Below are positions 1 through 12,029 of a DNA stretch of 64,000 nt, in pieces (the stretch's first letter is position 1; the number at the start of each line of letters is the position of its first letter). Both the position numbers and the translations under genes were made by a program. The notes under the pieces were generated by a model that saw nothing but the letters and a program-made list of their open reading frames with translations, had not been told where the DNA came from and ran no database searches. Origin of the DNA: Callorhinchus milii (taxonomy: Eukaryota); contig NW_024704742.1 of the NCBI RefSeq assembly GCF_018977255.1, forward strand, positions 26,538,001 to 26,602,000. Direction: 5' to 3'.

Positions 1-12
1 GTTCCGCTATTA

Positions 13-3000
13 CAACAACAACAACAACAACAAGATTCCATTTATAGAGCGCCTTTCACGTCAGGAGGACGTCCCAAGGCGCTGCACAGTTGGGTCATGA
101 CCCGAGCAGGGGGGAAATGGTCAGGGTGAGGGGAGGGAAGGGAGGGAGAGAGGAGGGGGAAATGGTCAGGGTGAGGGGAGGGAAGGGAGGGAGCGAGGAG
201 GAGGAAGAGAGTCGAGAGGGGAGCTGAAGGCACGGTCAAAGAGAAAGGTTTTGAGACCGGCCTTGAAGGAGGAAAGGGAGGAAGCAAGGCGAAGGCACTG
301 GGGGATGGAGTTCCAGAGCCTCGGGGCTGAGAGGCTGAAGGCCCGACCACCGATAGTAGGGCGGTTGGGGCGGGGGACGTGGAGCAGACCGGAGCCAGAG
401 GAACGGAGGGTACGGGCAGGTAGGTAGGGGGATAGTAGGTTGGAGAGGTAGGAGGGAGCAAGGCCGTGAATGGCCTTGTAGGTGAGGATGAGGATCTTGA
501 AATCAATCCTCTGGGGGATGGGGAGCCAGTGGAGGCGAGCGAGGGTGGGAGTGATGTGGTCCCGAAGCCTGGTGCGGGACAGTACACGAGCTGCAGAGTT
601 CTGAATGACCTGCAGCTTGTGGAGGGAGGTGGCGGGAAGGCCGGCGAGGAGAGAGTTCCCATAGTCCAGCCTTGAGGTGACAAAGGCGTGAACCAGGGTT
701 TCAGCAGCGTGAGGGGTGAGGTAGTGCCGTAATCTGGCGATATTCCGGAGGTGATGGAAGGCGGTGCCAGTTGTGGTGCGGATGTGAGGGAGAAAGGACA
801 GCTCAGGGTCGAACAAAACGCCGAGGTTCCTGACTGGCTTTGAGAGGTGGAGAGTGCAGCCTTGGATGCTGATGGTGTCAGCGCCTGAGGTGCGGAGGCG
901 CTGACGTGAGCCAATCAGGAGGGCCTCGGTTTTTTGCACGTTGAGCTGAAGAAAGTTGTCTCTCGTCCAGGACTCGATGTCGGACAGGCAGGCTGTCAGG
1001 ACATCGGTGGTCGTGGAGTTGAGAGTAGAGGAGGAAAGGTAGAGTTGGGTGTCATCCGCATACATGTGGAAGTTAACCCCATGTTTGCGGATGATGTCAC
1101 CAAGGGGGAGCATATAGAGGGTGAAGAGGAGGGGACCGAGGACAGAGCCCTGAGGGACACCACATGAGACAGTACGGGGGGTGGAGGAGAAGCCATTCGT
1201 TGAGACGAAGTGAAGACGGTGAGAAAGGTACGACCTAAACCATTCAAGGACAGTGCCTTGAAAGTTGAGGTGGGAGGACAAGCGGTGGAGTAGGATAGTG
1301 TGGTCGACCGTATCGAATGCTGCCGATAGGTCGAGGAGGACGAGGAGACAGAGGGAGCCCTGGTCACAGATGGTCAGGATATCATTGGTGACCTTGACCA
1401 GGGCAGTTTCTGTGCTATGAGCAGCACGGAAACCTGACTGAAGGGGTTCAAAAAGAGAATGGGTGGAAAGGAAAGAGCGCAGTTGGGAGGCGACAACTCT
1501 TTCCAAGACCTTGGAGAGAAAGGGGAGGTTGGAGATGGGCCGGTAGCTTGATAGCTGCGACGCATCAAGGGAGGGTTTTTTCAGGGTGGGCGTGATGATG
1601 GCAGTTTTTAATGGAATGGGGACAGAGCCAGAGGAGAGGGACAGGTTTATGATGTCAGTGATGTGTGGGGCAAGAAAATGGAGCTGGGAGATAAGGAGTG
1701 GAGTGGGGATGGGGTCAAGGGAGCAGGTGGTTGGTTTTAGGGATAGGATGAGTTCAGTGACAGAGGGTGGGGAAACGGGTACGAAGGTGTGTAGGGGAGG
1801 ATGGGTAGGAGTCGGAGTGTGGGAGGGAAGGGGTGGGTGGTGGGTGGAAGTTGGAGGGGAAGTGACCGCGGAGCGGATTCCCTTGATCTTGGATTCAAGG
1901 AAATCCAGCATCTCCTCGCAGTGAAGGTTGGAGGAGATGACCTGCGCGGGGTGGCGGGGGGACGGAGGAGTCGGGATGTGGTGGAAAACAGTAGCCTGGG
2001 GTTGTTCTTCGCCTCCAGGATTATCCTGGAGTAGAAGGACGACTTGGCCGAGGCTAGAGTGGAGCGGTAAATTTTGAGGAGGTCCAGCCAGATTTGTCGG
2101 TGGACCGTTAAGCCGGATTTGACAAAGGTGCGCTCAGCAGCCCGCACCTGGCATTTCAGTGAGCGGAGGTGGGTGGTGTACCAGGGGGAGGAGCGGGAGT
2201 AGGAGACAGTGCGGGAAGTGATGGGGGCAAGAGTATCGAGTGTGGAGGAGAGGATATTGTGGAGGAGGGAGAGAGGAGAAGAGGGGTCGGTGAGGGTTGA
2301 AGGCCAGAGGGAGAGGAGTTCAGAGGACTCCAAGGCATCGGTTAGGGATTGTGGGGGTAACTTCTTCCAAGGGCGGTAGAAGATGGTGGTGGGTCTGGTG
2401 GAGGTGGGGAGGGGGGTGGAGGTGGTGAAGGAGATGAAGTAGTGGTCGGAGATGGCCTTGTCGGTAATAGTGACATCCGAGACACTGAGGCCCCGGGTGA
2501 TCACCAAATCGAGTGGGTGGCCGTGACTGTGAGTGGGGGAGTTTATGTGTAGGGAAAGGTTGAGTGAGGAGAGCAGGGAAGAGAAGTCTGTGGAGATGGA
2601 GCAGGAGGGGGTGAAGTGTAGGTTAAAGTCGCCCAGGATGATGAGGCGATCGGAGCAGAGGCAAAGAGATGTGAGGAGTGTTGAAATGTCAGAGATGAAG
2701 GTGGGAGAGGTTTTAGGGGGCCGGTAGAGGAGGAGGATTTTAAGGGAGAGGAATGAGGGGTGGGAGAGGGTGAGGTGCTCGAAGGAGGGGAAAGAGCCAG
2801 TGGAGTAGGGGGAGAGGGCAAGTGGTGTCCTTGAGATAAGGGCAACACCACCGCCACGGCGGTTGGGGCGGGGGATGTGGTGGGAGGTGTAGCCGGGTGG
2901 CGTGGCCTCCGTGAGGGGGAAGGTGTCGCCTGGGGTGAGCCACGTTTCTGTCAAGGCCATGATATCAACGTTCTCATCAAGGATGAGATCGTTGATGACC

Positions 3001-3184
3001 AGGGCCTTGTTGGAGAGGGAGCGGACATTTTGCAGTCCGATGTGGAGGGAGCGGTTGACAGAAGGGTGTGTGGGAGGGGAGGGGGGTCCAGGTTGTGAGG
3101 CAGGGGTGGGGGAGATGGGGATGAGGGAGGAGAGGTTGACTCCCCGGGTCTGTGTCCGGGGTGGCTGGCGAGAGTGGTGGGGAA
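13..3184 (-). mobile_element. Young 5'-truncated L2-clade LINE with almost complete ORF2 (APE + RT) and (TTG)n tail
   Basis: APE motifs (LQNVRSL, ALTETWL, GDFN, LDLVI, SDH) and RT motifs ([29 protein letters not shown]). (CAA)n on + at 13-33 is the 3' tail. TATTA direct repeat at 8-12 and 3185-3189 is the TSD. Confidence 0.95.
166..3184 (-). CDS. L2 ORF2 endonuclease/reverse transcriptase, split by one 1-nt frameshift near 1948-1951
   Basis: ORFs 1737..3506 (APE part) and 166..1911 (RT part) overlap in different frames. Adding one C in the C-run restores ...[22 protein letters not shown]... Confidence 0.9.
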
Positions 3185-3189
3185 TATTA

Positions 3190-3455
3190 GCGGGCAGGCC
3201 TTCCGACACTCTGCATCCACCCCCTAGAACTCCATCCTGAAGTCCCTCTGTCTTGCCCCCTCCCTCGCCACTTTCAAGACTCACCTCAAGACCCTCCTTT
3301 TCTACTGTAATTTTGATCTCCCTGCTTCCCCCCCCCGCCCTCCACTCTTTCCCACCCCGAACCCCAGCTCGGGTCCGTAACTCTGTCTGTCCAACACCTT
3401 GGGACGTCCTCCCAACATGTAAGGCGCTATACAAATGTAATTTTATTGTTGTTGT
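3190..3455 (+). mobile_element. Older L2 3' fragment, the target of the young L2 insertion
   Basis: ggcaggccttcc...aactccatcc...ttcaagactcacctcaagaccctc...aggcgctatacaaatgtaattttattgttgttg matches the L2 tails at 13141-13370 and 23310-23500. Confidence 0.85.
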
Positions 3456-4176
3456 ATATCTGACTGACTGTGTATTTTGTGGGCCAATGCAGCAGCTAGC
3501 ATGCAATGGTATTTGTAGTTTAATGACACAGTTACATTAAAAAACAGCAAAACACAGCACAAAATGAGTTTTGCCGTGCTAAAACATTATGTACATAAAG
3601 CCAGGTTGAGTTTCACTCTTTCAGAAATGTATAGTAACAATAATAGTAATAATCCTTGCATTTGTGCCTTTTAAATTGGAAAGATGTCTTAAAGTGTTTC
3701 TCATGATTACTGTAAAATGTGGCAACTGTGTATTTTGCACTGCCTAATTTCCTGCAACTATGGAAGCAGTATCAACTTCACTAAACTATCGTGACCCACA
3801 TGGAAACCATCACCACGCTTAAGAGTCTCCAAACTAAATTACTGAGAGTTCCTCATTTGTATGGTTTCCATTCATCTGATATGGAGTTGAACTCTCTCTC
3901 CAGAGGAGCACATTGTGCTAACCTAATCCAAGAGAGTTCAGTGATAGTTTATTAAAGGAGATCCAAAGGCTGGGGACGCCAATGTGTCCGTTGGATAACT
4001 GCTGGAGCTTAACCAGTTAAAACCATCCAGTCTACCATTGCAAAAACTGGCACATTTGCTGCCATCTGTCTGGCTTGTTCTACCCTACAGATTATGGTTT
4101 TGGCAGGATTCGCAGGAGCTCAGTGGGAAGAGCCCTCACCTGGACTGATGTCTCAATTATTAGGAGTTGTGCTTAC

Positions 4177-4289
4177 CTGCAGCACTGTAACCGTAGATAG
4201 GTCCTTGAGTCTGCCTTCTTCATCTTTGAGGTTATAACCTTCTGGCCTCTTGTCCCTTTCACTGACCTTCCATAATTTAATAGTTTTAT
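4177..4289 (-). CDS. ppp2r2c: PP2A regulatory subunit B55 coding exon, 113 bp: (D)[37 protein letters not shown]
   Basis: ttttag acceptor and gtaagc donor. Translation matches the B55 family. KDLSTVTxLQ is gamma-like (beta has RDPATITTLR). Confidence 0.9.
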
Positions 4290-4779
4290 CTAAAAGAATT
4301 AAGAAGACATCACAGTGCATCAAGAAGAGAGCAGCAATAGATGTGAATAGAATTACATTAATGCCAACAACTTGGATTTATATAGCAGCCTTCACATGAA
4401 GCAGAGGCTCAGGAGCAGTGGTGGAGCTTGATACCGAGCCAGGGAGAAATGGGAGGTTACCGTAGGCATAGTCAAAGACAAATAAGTTTTTTTTCTTTTT
4501 TTTTCTGAGGTTTTCTGGTGCAAACTGAAGATGGGCAAAATGGGGCAAGGCAGAGGGATTGAGGCAGAGAGTCTCAGAGTTTGGGGACACAGTGGCTAAA
4601 TACATGGCCGCCGATGGTGGACTGGAAGGGGGGAGAAGGTGGTGGGCTCAATAATCAGGGTGTGGGAGAAGAGATTGCAATGTTTCTCTTCCTCCATTAT
4701 GTGGGTTCCTGCAAAACCTGTGAAGTTCTATAGAGGCAGAATCCATTGTGGGTTTCAAGAGGAAAGTACACAGGTATAT

Positions 4780-4965
4780 AATAACAATAACGATCCTTGC
4801 ATTTCTTATAGCACCTTATCACGTCTTCGAAACGTTTCAAAGAGCTTCACAGAACATACTGTAAAGTGAATTGAGAATTGACTGCATATTTTGTGGGAGA
4901 AATGCGGCAGCCAATTGCGCACAGCAGTGTCCCACAAACAGTCGTGGATTGAGTGACCAAATTAT
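4780..4965 (-). mobile_element. SINE 3' half (Deu-like core plus L2-type tail)
   Basis: Reverse complement of tgtgggacactgctgtgcgcaattggctgccgc...aaggatcgttattgttatta; same family as 29763-30076. Confidence 0.8.
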
Positions 4966-5294
4966 TATGAAGGATAGAGGCTTGAAAGGGCATGGGGATA
5001 TTTGTAGGAACTCTTAGGAACACGAGCAGGCGAGTAAATTATTTGCTTCAGTCAGGGTTCGACCACCGCCAATTTCTTGGACCCTGTAAATGTTGGTATG
5101 TTTTAGGTCTACATCAGGCTCAGTGTTTTTTTTTGCTCAATATCAGTTTATTTTTCCAGAAGGGCTGAGGTCTAAGCAATCTGAGGTAAAAAAAAATATT
5201 TTACTGACCAGTTGTGCTAGACCCAAAAGATTGGTTCAGATTTGGGGCTCTTTCCAATGACATGAAGACTATTCATATTCCAATGTGAACATTG

Positions 5295-5435
5295 ACCTAT
5301 GAAGGAATAAATTGCAGGGCTATGGGGAAAAGGCAGGTAAATGGGACTGGAAATGGATTGCTCTTTAAAAAGAGCCAGCACAGACATGATAGCCTGAATG
5401 GCCTTCTTCTGTGCTGTAAATTTCTATGATTGTAT
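5295..5435 (+). mobile_element. CR1 LINE 3' tail
   Basis: gcagggctatggggaaaaggcagg...ctgaatggccttcttctgtgctgtaaatttctatgatt, a typical shark-type CR1 3' end. Confidence 0.75.
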
Positions 5436-5597
5436 TTCAATTGCATCTAATTTTTTCTAAGTAAAATGCATCATAAGCTATATATTTTCCACCAACAAAA
5501 AAAAACGCACAAGCACATTTTGAGTATCCTTGAAAATGCAACATTTAAACTGCTGCAATTTTTTTCCTGTACCACGGCAGACCAGCTGCGTACTTAC

Positions 5598-5763
5598 CGT
5601 TGGTTGAAAGGAGGAAGTGAGCTGCATTCTGTTGAGGGAGCCATCGGATCTTATTGATCTTTTCTTCTATTTCCAGACTTTTCAGGTAATCAAACTCGGG
5701 CTCATGACTCTGGAAGGTGCTGTAAACATTGTATTCACCCTGCTGGTGAGGCTGTTTTTTTGT
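5598..5763 (-). CDS. ppp2r2c: PP2A B55 coding exon, 166 bp: [55 protein letters not shown](D)
   Basis: catag acceptor and gtaagt donor. Contains the invariant B55 signature [15 protein letters not shown]. Phase 0 in, phase 1 out, consistent with both neighbouring exons. Confidence 0.92.
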
Positions 5764-6168
5764 CTATGATAAAAAAAATACGCTAGTTTCAAAGCAGAAA
5801 ATACTCAGGACTTTTTTTTACCCCCCGAGACACAAAATTTAATACTGGTAGGTGAACTTTCAGCAATTCTGTCCCCTCGCTTCTCCTTCAAAACCCACCT
5901 TAAGATCTATCCTTTCTTCCATCATCACTCTTAACCCAGATCCTTCCCCACATCTCCCCTCCCCAATCTCAGAGAGTGTGACGTGAAAGGTGCTATATAA
6001 ATGTAAATAGTAATTGCTGTTGATCTGAACCCGTTTTTTGACAAGTCAACAACAACTTGAACATAGTAGTCAAGCACACATTCTGCCAATTAATCTATTG
6101 CCTCCTCTCAAAGTTACAAGTCTTGATAATCAGGTTGACATGCAGGGTTACATTCCATTGACACCCAC

Positions 6169-6266
6169 CTCTTGTTCTCTCTGGAAGATAACAACTCGAC
6201 CCCCCTTGTCCCCTGTAGCCAGCAACTCTCCAGTGTGGTTGAACTCGACGGTAGAAATTATATCAG
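6169..6266 (-). CDS. ppp2r2c: PP2A B55 first common coding exon, 98 bp: (A)[32 protein letters not shown]
   Basis: tctttctccttcag acceptor and gtgggt donor. FNHTGE is shared by beta and gamma. A phase-1 upstream exon is required. Confidence 0.92.
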
Positions 6267-9074
6267 CTGAAGGAGAAAGAATCAAAGAAAGAAGGTCAAA
6301 TGTAGAACTGAATGGGGATTATATGTTCAACTATAGGTTAGCTTGTAAAAGATATTAAAAGATGAAACTTTCAGAATGCTACCCAAAGTTTTATTTAACC
6401 CGGAGGTTAAAAGATGACATGCAGGAATATTTCACATGCACAAAGTTAAGGTTTTTAAACTTACAGAAGTAATATTGAACACAATGGGCATTCACCAGGA
6501 ATTGTTTTAAATCTAAGTGAGAAGCATTCCTTGACCAAGTAACACCACCAGGTTAGCTATTTTCGGCCCATTGATTATTTGCCTGCACAAATAATAAAAC
6601 CAACAGAGAGTGCAGCAATAAAATATGCTCGGATAAGTTTACGCCACTTAGTACTTTGAAAATGATAACATCTAATTTACAATCCTCAACTGTATTCAAA
6701 ATAAAGGTATAGACTGGACCCTGGTATATTCAGAGATAAAGACCCCACATTATATTCAGAGACACAGACTGGTATGTTCAAAAACAAATGTAACATTCTA
6801 TGGATTACAGTAAACCCGGATCAAGAGTTTAGGATGCATCATGACAATAAAACAAGATGGGTTTAGGCTCAAAGGGCAAATTCATGACAGATACTTATAA
6901 GTTTTTCTTTACACAGAGGGTAATCAAGAAAGATGGGCTCTTTTAAAAAGCAGCTTGATGCAGTGCTGGGGGAGTTGGTATGGTGGGTTTTATGGTGGGA
7001 TGAGATCAGATAGCTGAAGGGCCTTCTTCATCCAGACTGATCTCGTGATCTTCTGAAGGAACAGTATGGTTGCATTCCTCTATAAACATATTAGGAACTA
7101 GGTTTACGCCAATCCTGTTTCATGGACTAGGACTGTGCTTTGTAAACAAACTTGAATGCAGTGAGAAAATCCTCTTTCATGCAATTTACACTGGTAGTCT
7201 GGCTCTAGATAAACATACACGAAGGTTGCATCAATTTTCAAAACCTTCATCCTAGCAATTCTTCCCATTAGCAGGTGATGCAGAAGCAACTGCTGATTGT
7301 GGAAAAAAACATCTAATGTACAACGCAGCCAGGCAGGGCACTGCCTGATGCCATTTCAGCATAGAAGATGCCATTCGGCCCAACATTCCTGTTCCAGCTG
7401 TCTGATAGAGCTATGAATTTAGTCCCAATCACCTGCCTTTGGCCCATGCCCCTTTATATTTTTCTTTTTTCAAATATTTATCTAATTCTTTTAAAAACTA
7501 TTATGGATTCTGCTTCAACCACTGTTTTGACCAAGAGGGCACCCAACCTCACCGCACCTGCCATGCTGTTTCTCTGCTACCTTTATTTCACTTTTAAGAC
7601 CAGTTCCTCATTGGCATTATTAGCTTATGGGCATCACCTCTCCTTTCTACATGCCTTGTAACACCCATTTAGGTGCCAAGTTTTATCATTATATACCAAT
7701 AATAATCCTTGCATTTCATATAGTGCTTTATCACGTCATCGAGACATCTCAAAGCGCTTCACAGGATATACTGTAAAGCAGAGCGCTGTGTATTTTATGG
7801 GCAAACATAAACCAAGGAGGTTTATAGTTTAAGTGTTTTGTTGCACCTCCTTCCCTCACATCACAGTGATCAGTGTGAAAGAAGGTTTGCAAAACAACAG
7901 GAAAGGAAGAAGGTAAACTAACTGAATGTGCTGCTTTCAGCAACAATTGATTGATGAACTAGGCAGCAGGTCAGTTCTTCAAGCAAAGCTGTCTGGAGAA
8001 GAAAATTATGCAGAGCTCCAAACTGGAGTAATTTTAAATTTCCTCTAGCCCGCTCGCTCTTTCTCTTTTATAATCCCAACACCTTGGAACGTCCTCCCGA
8101 TGTGAAAGGTGGTATATAAATGCAATTTGTTGTTGTTATAATCGTTTTGACTTTAAGACATAGAATTACTTCAGTTTACTGAGCTCCATGGCTTGGGTTT
8201 CATCTCCTGGGAAAACTGGGCATCTGTATTCCGGGGCTTCTGTATTGTGTATAAATACAATATGATGTATTACTTGTTATGTTTAAATAAAATCAGTGCA
8301 ATGATGCAATGTAATGTGCCAATTTAAGAAGTCATAAGCATGAGCAACTTGAAGGTTACAATTACTTTGTGTGTTTGATGTTGTGTTATAGCTGGGCACT
8401 GGTACAACACAATAACAATCTACATTTATATTGCACTTTTCATGTTCGGAGGATGTCTCAAAGTGTTTCACAGCGCTGGATGGGCTCCTGAGTTAGGGGT
8501 GGGAGGAGAAAGACAAAAGCACAGTCAAAGAGAATTGCCTTGAACGCAGGGAGAGATGGAGTCAGAGGAGCTCTGGGATGGAATTCTCGAGAGCAGAGAC
8601 ACAGTGTCTGAAAGCCTGCCTGCTGATTATGGAGTACATGTTCGCTGAGCTAAGGGAGAATAGGTGTTTTTTCAATATAACCCAATATGACATAATTACT
8701 GGGCATCCTCTTCTATCTCACTCACTTAATTATGACAGCTCCTTTCCCCAACCTCTGCAAAAGTAGTTGCCGCTTGCCTAAATTCACACCATTCTTCTTA
8801 TGGGTACTGCTCAACACAAGACAGCTTATAACCTCAACTTTTGCAGAAGCCACATAGTGAGGCAATCACACTCTATCCATCTTAATCAGGAAATGTCTTG
8901 CACTTCTACCATGTCATCGCACCATCAAACAGAAAAGTGCTGAGCTGTTTATAATGCAGAGAACAGTAGTCTCCAAGTAAATAGGTTTGCAGAGACATTT
9001 GTGACTTGAGCACAGCACAGACTAGAGTTCTGTTTATTGTACTACAGCCCTAAATAGACCATTCCCATCTGAAC

Positions 9075-9688
9075 TTAATACAAAAGCAAGCAAGTGATGC
9101 TTCAGTTGTACAGACCCTTGGTCAGACTCCATCTGTACTGCGTTCAGTTTTAGGCACCACATCTCAGGAAGGATATTTTGGTCTTGGAGGGGCTACAGCG
9201 CAGATTCACTACAATGATACCGGGGATGAACGGGTTAAATTATGAGCATAGGTTGCATAAACTTGGTTTGTATTCCCTGGAGTTCAGAAGGTAAGGATGA
9301 TCTAACTAAGGTGTTTAAAATGATAATGGCATTCAATAGGGTACATACAGAGAAACTATTTCCTCTGTTGGGGAAATCCAGAACACAGGAGTGTAATCTT
9401 AAAATTAGAGATAGACCATTTTGGAGTAAGGAGCAAAACCAGAAAGCATTTATTCATACAAAGAGTAGTGGAAATCTGGAATTCTCTCCCCCAAACGCCT
9501 GTAGATGCTTGATCAATTGGAATTTTCAAGACCGAGGTCGATATATTTTTGTTAGGTAAGGAGACAGATATGGAGAAAAGGCGAGTAAACAGAGTTGAGC
9601 TACAGACCAAACATGATCTGCCATGATCTAATAGAATGGTAGAATGGACTCGAGGGGCTGAATGGCCTACTCCTGTTCCTATGTTCCT
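9075..9688 (+). mobile_element. CR1 LINE 3' fragment (ORF2 C-terminus plus 3' UTR)
   Basis: YKSKQVMLQLYRPLVR..YCVQF..APHLRKDILVLEGLQRRFT. Ends gaggggctgaatggcctactcctgttcctatgttcct. Confidence 0.9.
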
Positions 9689-10049
9689 GTGAAAACAAGC
9701 TCTCACATGTTACACCCAAGCTTACACTTAGTTCGTGGAACTGGTATTATCAATCTCCTGCAATTGTTTAAATCCAATGGAGGAATCTTGCAATGCCCAG
9801 ACCTGATAGTCTCCTGTGTTGAAATTTCTATGATATCTTCCCACAGATATTGAGAAGAGATTCCTGTCAGCCCACCAGTCGGTATCAGACTGATAATCTC
9901 TAATTCTGCAGGTACAATCAATACAGTACATGAAGCTTTTTCATTTTCAAGGTGCAACTGAGAGTAGAAATCCACGTTCTTTATTCTTGATGAACAGCCT
10001 TACACATTTGCAACAAGGTAAGCTTGCAGTTGAAATACAAAATGGCTTT

Positions 10050-10231
10050 CTCCACAAGCTCCAGACCACGCAGAACTCCACAATCCTCCGCAGACCTCCT
10101 GTGTTAGGCTCATCACCCTCCTCCTCACCCAGCTCCTCTGGACACCTTATTTTCCCAATGACTAAGATCTTTGCCTTTATCTTCAAATGCCCCAGTGGCC
10201 TGATCCCCACCCTACTCCTGCAATCTCCTGC

Positions 10232-10291
<60 letters not shown>

Positions 10292-10575
10292 CATCTCCTA
10301 CCTCCCCGGTGATTCACTTTGCTCCACCAACTCTGATCTCCTTCTTGGCCCACTCCACCCAACCCACCATCAGCAAGTAAGCTTTCAGCCACTTTGCCTC
10401 CATACTCTGGAACCCTCTGCCTCACCCCTTCTTTTCTGCATTCAAAATTATCCATTTGACTGTGCCTTTGGCCATCTCCCCTTAGATTACCCTTCCAGTT
10501 CAGGCTCCTACTCAATCTTTGTAAACTGCCTGAAATAGTCTCCCTACATTAAAGATGCTGTATAATTGAAGATGT
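10050..10575 (+). mobile_element. Decayed L2 3' fragment interrupted by an (ATT)n tract
   Basis: ctccacaagctccag...cagaactc and ctctggaaccc...tttgactgtgcctttggc are L2 landmarks. Confidence 0.65.
10232..10291 (+). repeat. (TAT/ATT)20 microsatellite
   Basis: Perfect trinucleotide tract; gives the poly-Ile artefact ORFs on both strands. Confidence 0.97.
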
Positions 10576-12029
10576 CTCAAAGTGTTCATGGGATTTACTG
10601 TAGTGTAGTGACTATGTATTTTGTAGGTGTACAGCAGAGTAAGCTTGATGGGCTGAATGGGAGAATATTGTTGCTATGTTTTTTGGTGCTTATTATAATC
10701 GGTTACATTACCGTGGTTCTCCAGTTCCATAGTTAGATTTTCATGACTGTGACTAAACTTCCAGCAATCTGAACTTAGACTGTATCAGTTCAAAGTCCCA
10801 AAGTGGGCCTGGAACCCACAGCCTCCTCACTTGGAGGCAAGAGTACTGCTGACTGAGCCAGGCTGACAATAGGTAATAAAAGCCCAAATAAATTATAGTT
10901 TCTTTTGTTTTACGGACTTTTGAAAGTCAGAACCGTTGCAAAGTTGCATGGTATAAATGCTGATGAGGATCAGTTACTAATTGATTTGATCTAAATATAA
11001 TACAGTGATCACATTGCACATTTCAAACCCAAACCTGGCAATTACTGCACGCACAGGTAACGATATCATCCATCACGATGGTTTCCGTGGCATGAAAGGG
11101 ATTTATTTCTAGAACATTCCCACGGTTAATCCATCAACGCTTAATCAACTGTTGAGGCAAGCCCAGTTGATATTTTGCTGCAAATTAAGAATGTGAGTGC
11201 TTTTAGGAACTTTAAATCCAATCGCTGTACAAGAGACAGTTCACTCTTCGCAGTCAGTGCCTGAGTCAGTTCACTCTCACCAGCAGTTTCAGGAGTAAAC
11301 GTTTGACATCTGCTAACCTCAGTGTTACTTGGTGTTAAATGTACCGCATTGTGATTCTTTGCGATGCCTCAAGCACACAACTATCAACATCCACTTCATG
11401 ATACTTTCAAGAAAAACATATATAGCCAGCCTGTACTAGTTTTGATTTCACAGCTCGGTGAAACATTCATAGGGAAAAAAAGATATAACATACATTCAAA
11501 CCACACAGACGCACAGTAACGGTGTTAAACATTTAGGATCACAATTTGTATTTTTTTCCAATACTAATTGTGATTAACGTACCATTTCTCCTTTTTTAAA
11601 AATAAGACTTTCGATAACACTGGAAATTTGGGATAATAATAATCCTTGCACTTGATATAATTTAATTATAGGTTTTAGATTATTCACACATTATAAGTGC
11701 ACAGAAAATAGTACAGAGCAGCCACTCAGAAACTAGAAACTGAAGCTTATCCACTTGGCAGAGCACAACGGCTCACCCTTAATCAAACATCTCCAAACTG
11801 TGCTTTTAAGACACAGATGAGATGCAAACAGAAATTGTAGAGACTTGGGCCGGATGGAACATATAAATGCAGGATTAAGTCAGATCCGCCAAAAGAATTT
11901 GAAAGACCGGAAACAATTGAACAATTGCGCACTGAACACAATGGGTTTAGCCTGGAAAGGGGCATTATCAATTTTGCCTCACACTCCCTCCAATTGTGCA
12001 GAACAACAACAAATTGCATTTATATAGTG

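Noticed and set aside
42..914. 290-aa Ser/Pro-rich ORF and other ORFs overlapping L2 copies
   Set aside because: Alternative-frame or antisense shadows of C-rich L2 sequence.
3185..3506. N-terminal ~107 aa of the 589-aa ORF as a real ORF2 start or a novel fusion
   Set aside because: It is read-through across the TSD into the antisense strand of an older L2 tail.
9930..10538. ORFs with a poly-Ile 'transmembrane' segment
   Set aside because: Artefact of the (ATT)n microsatellite.
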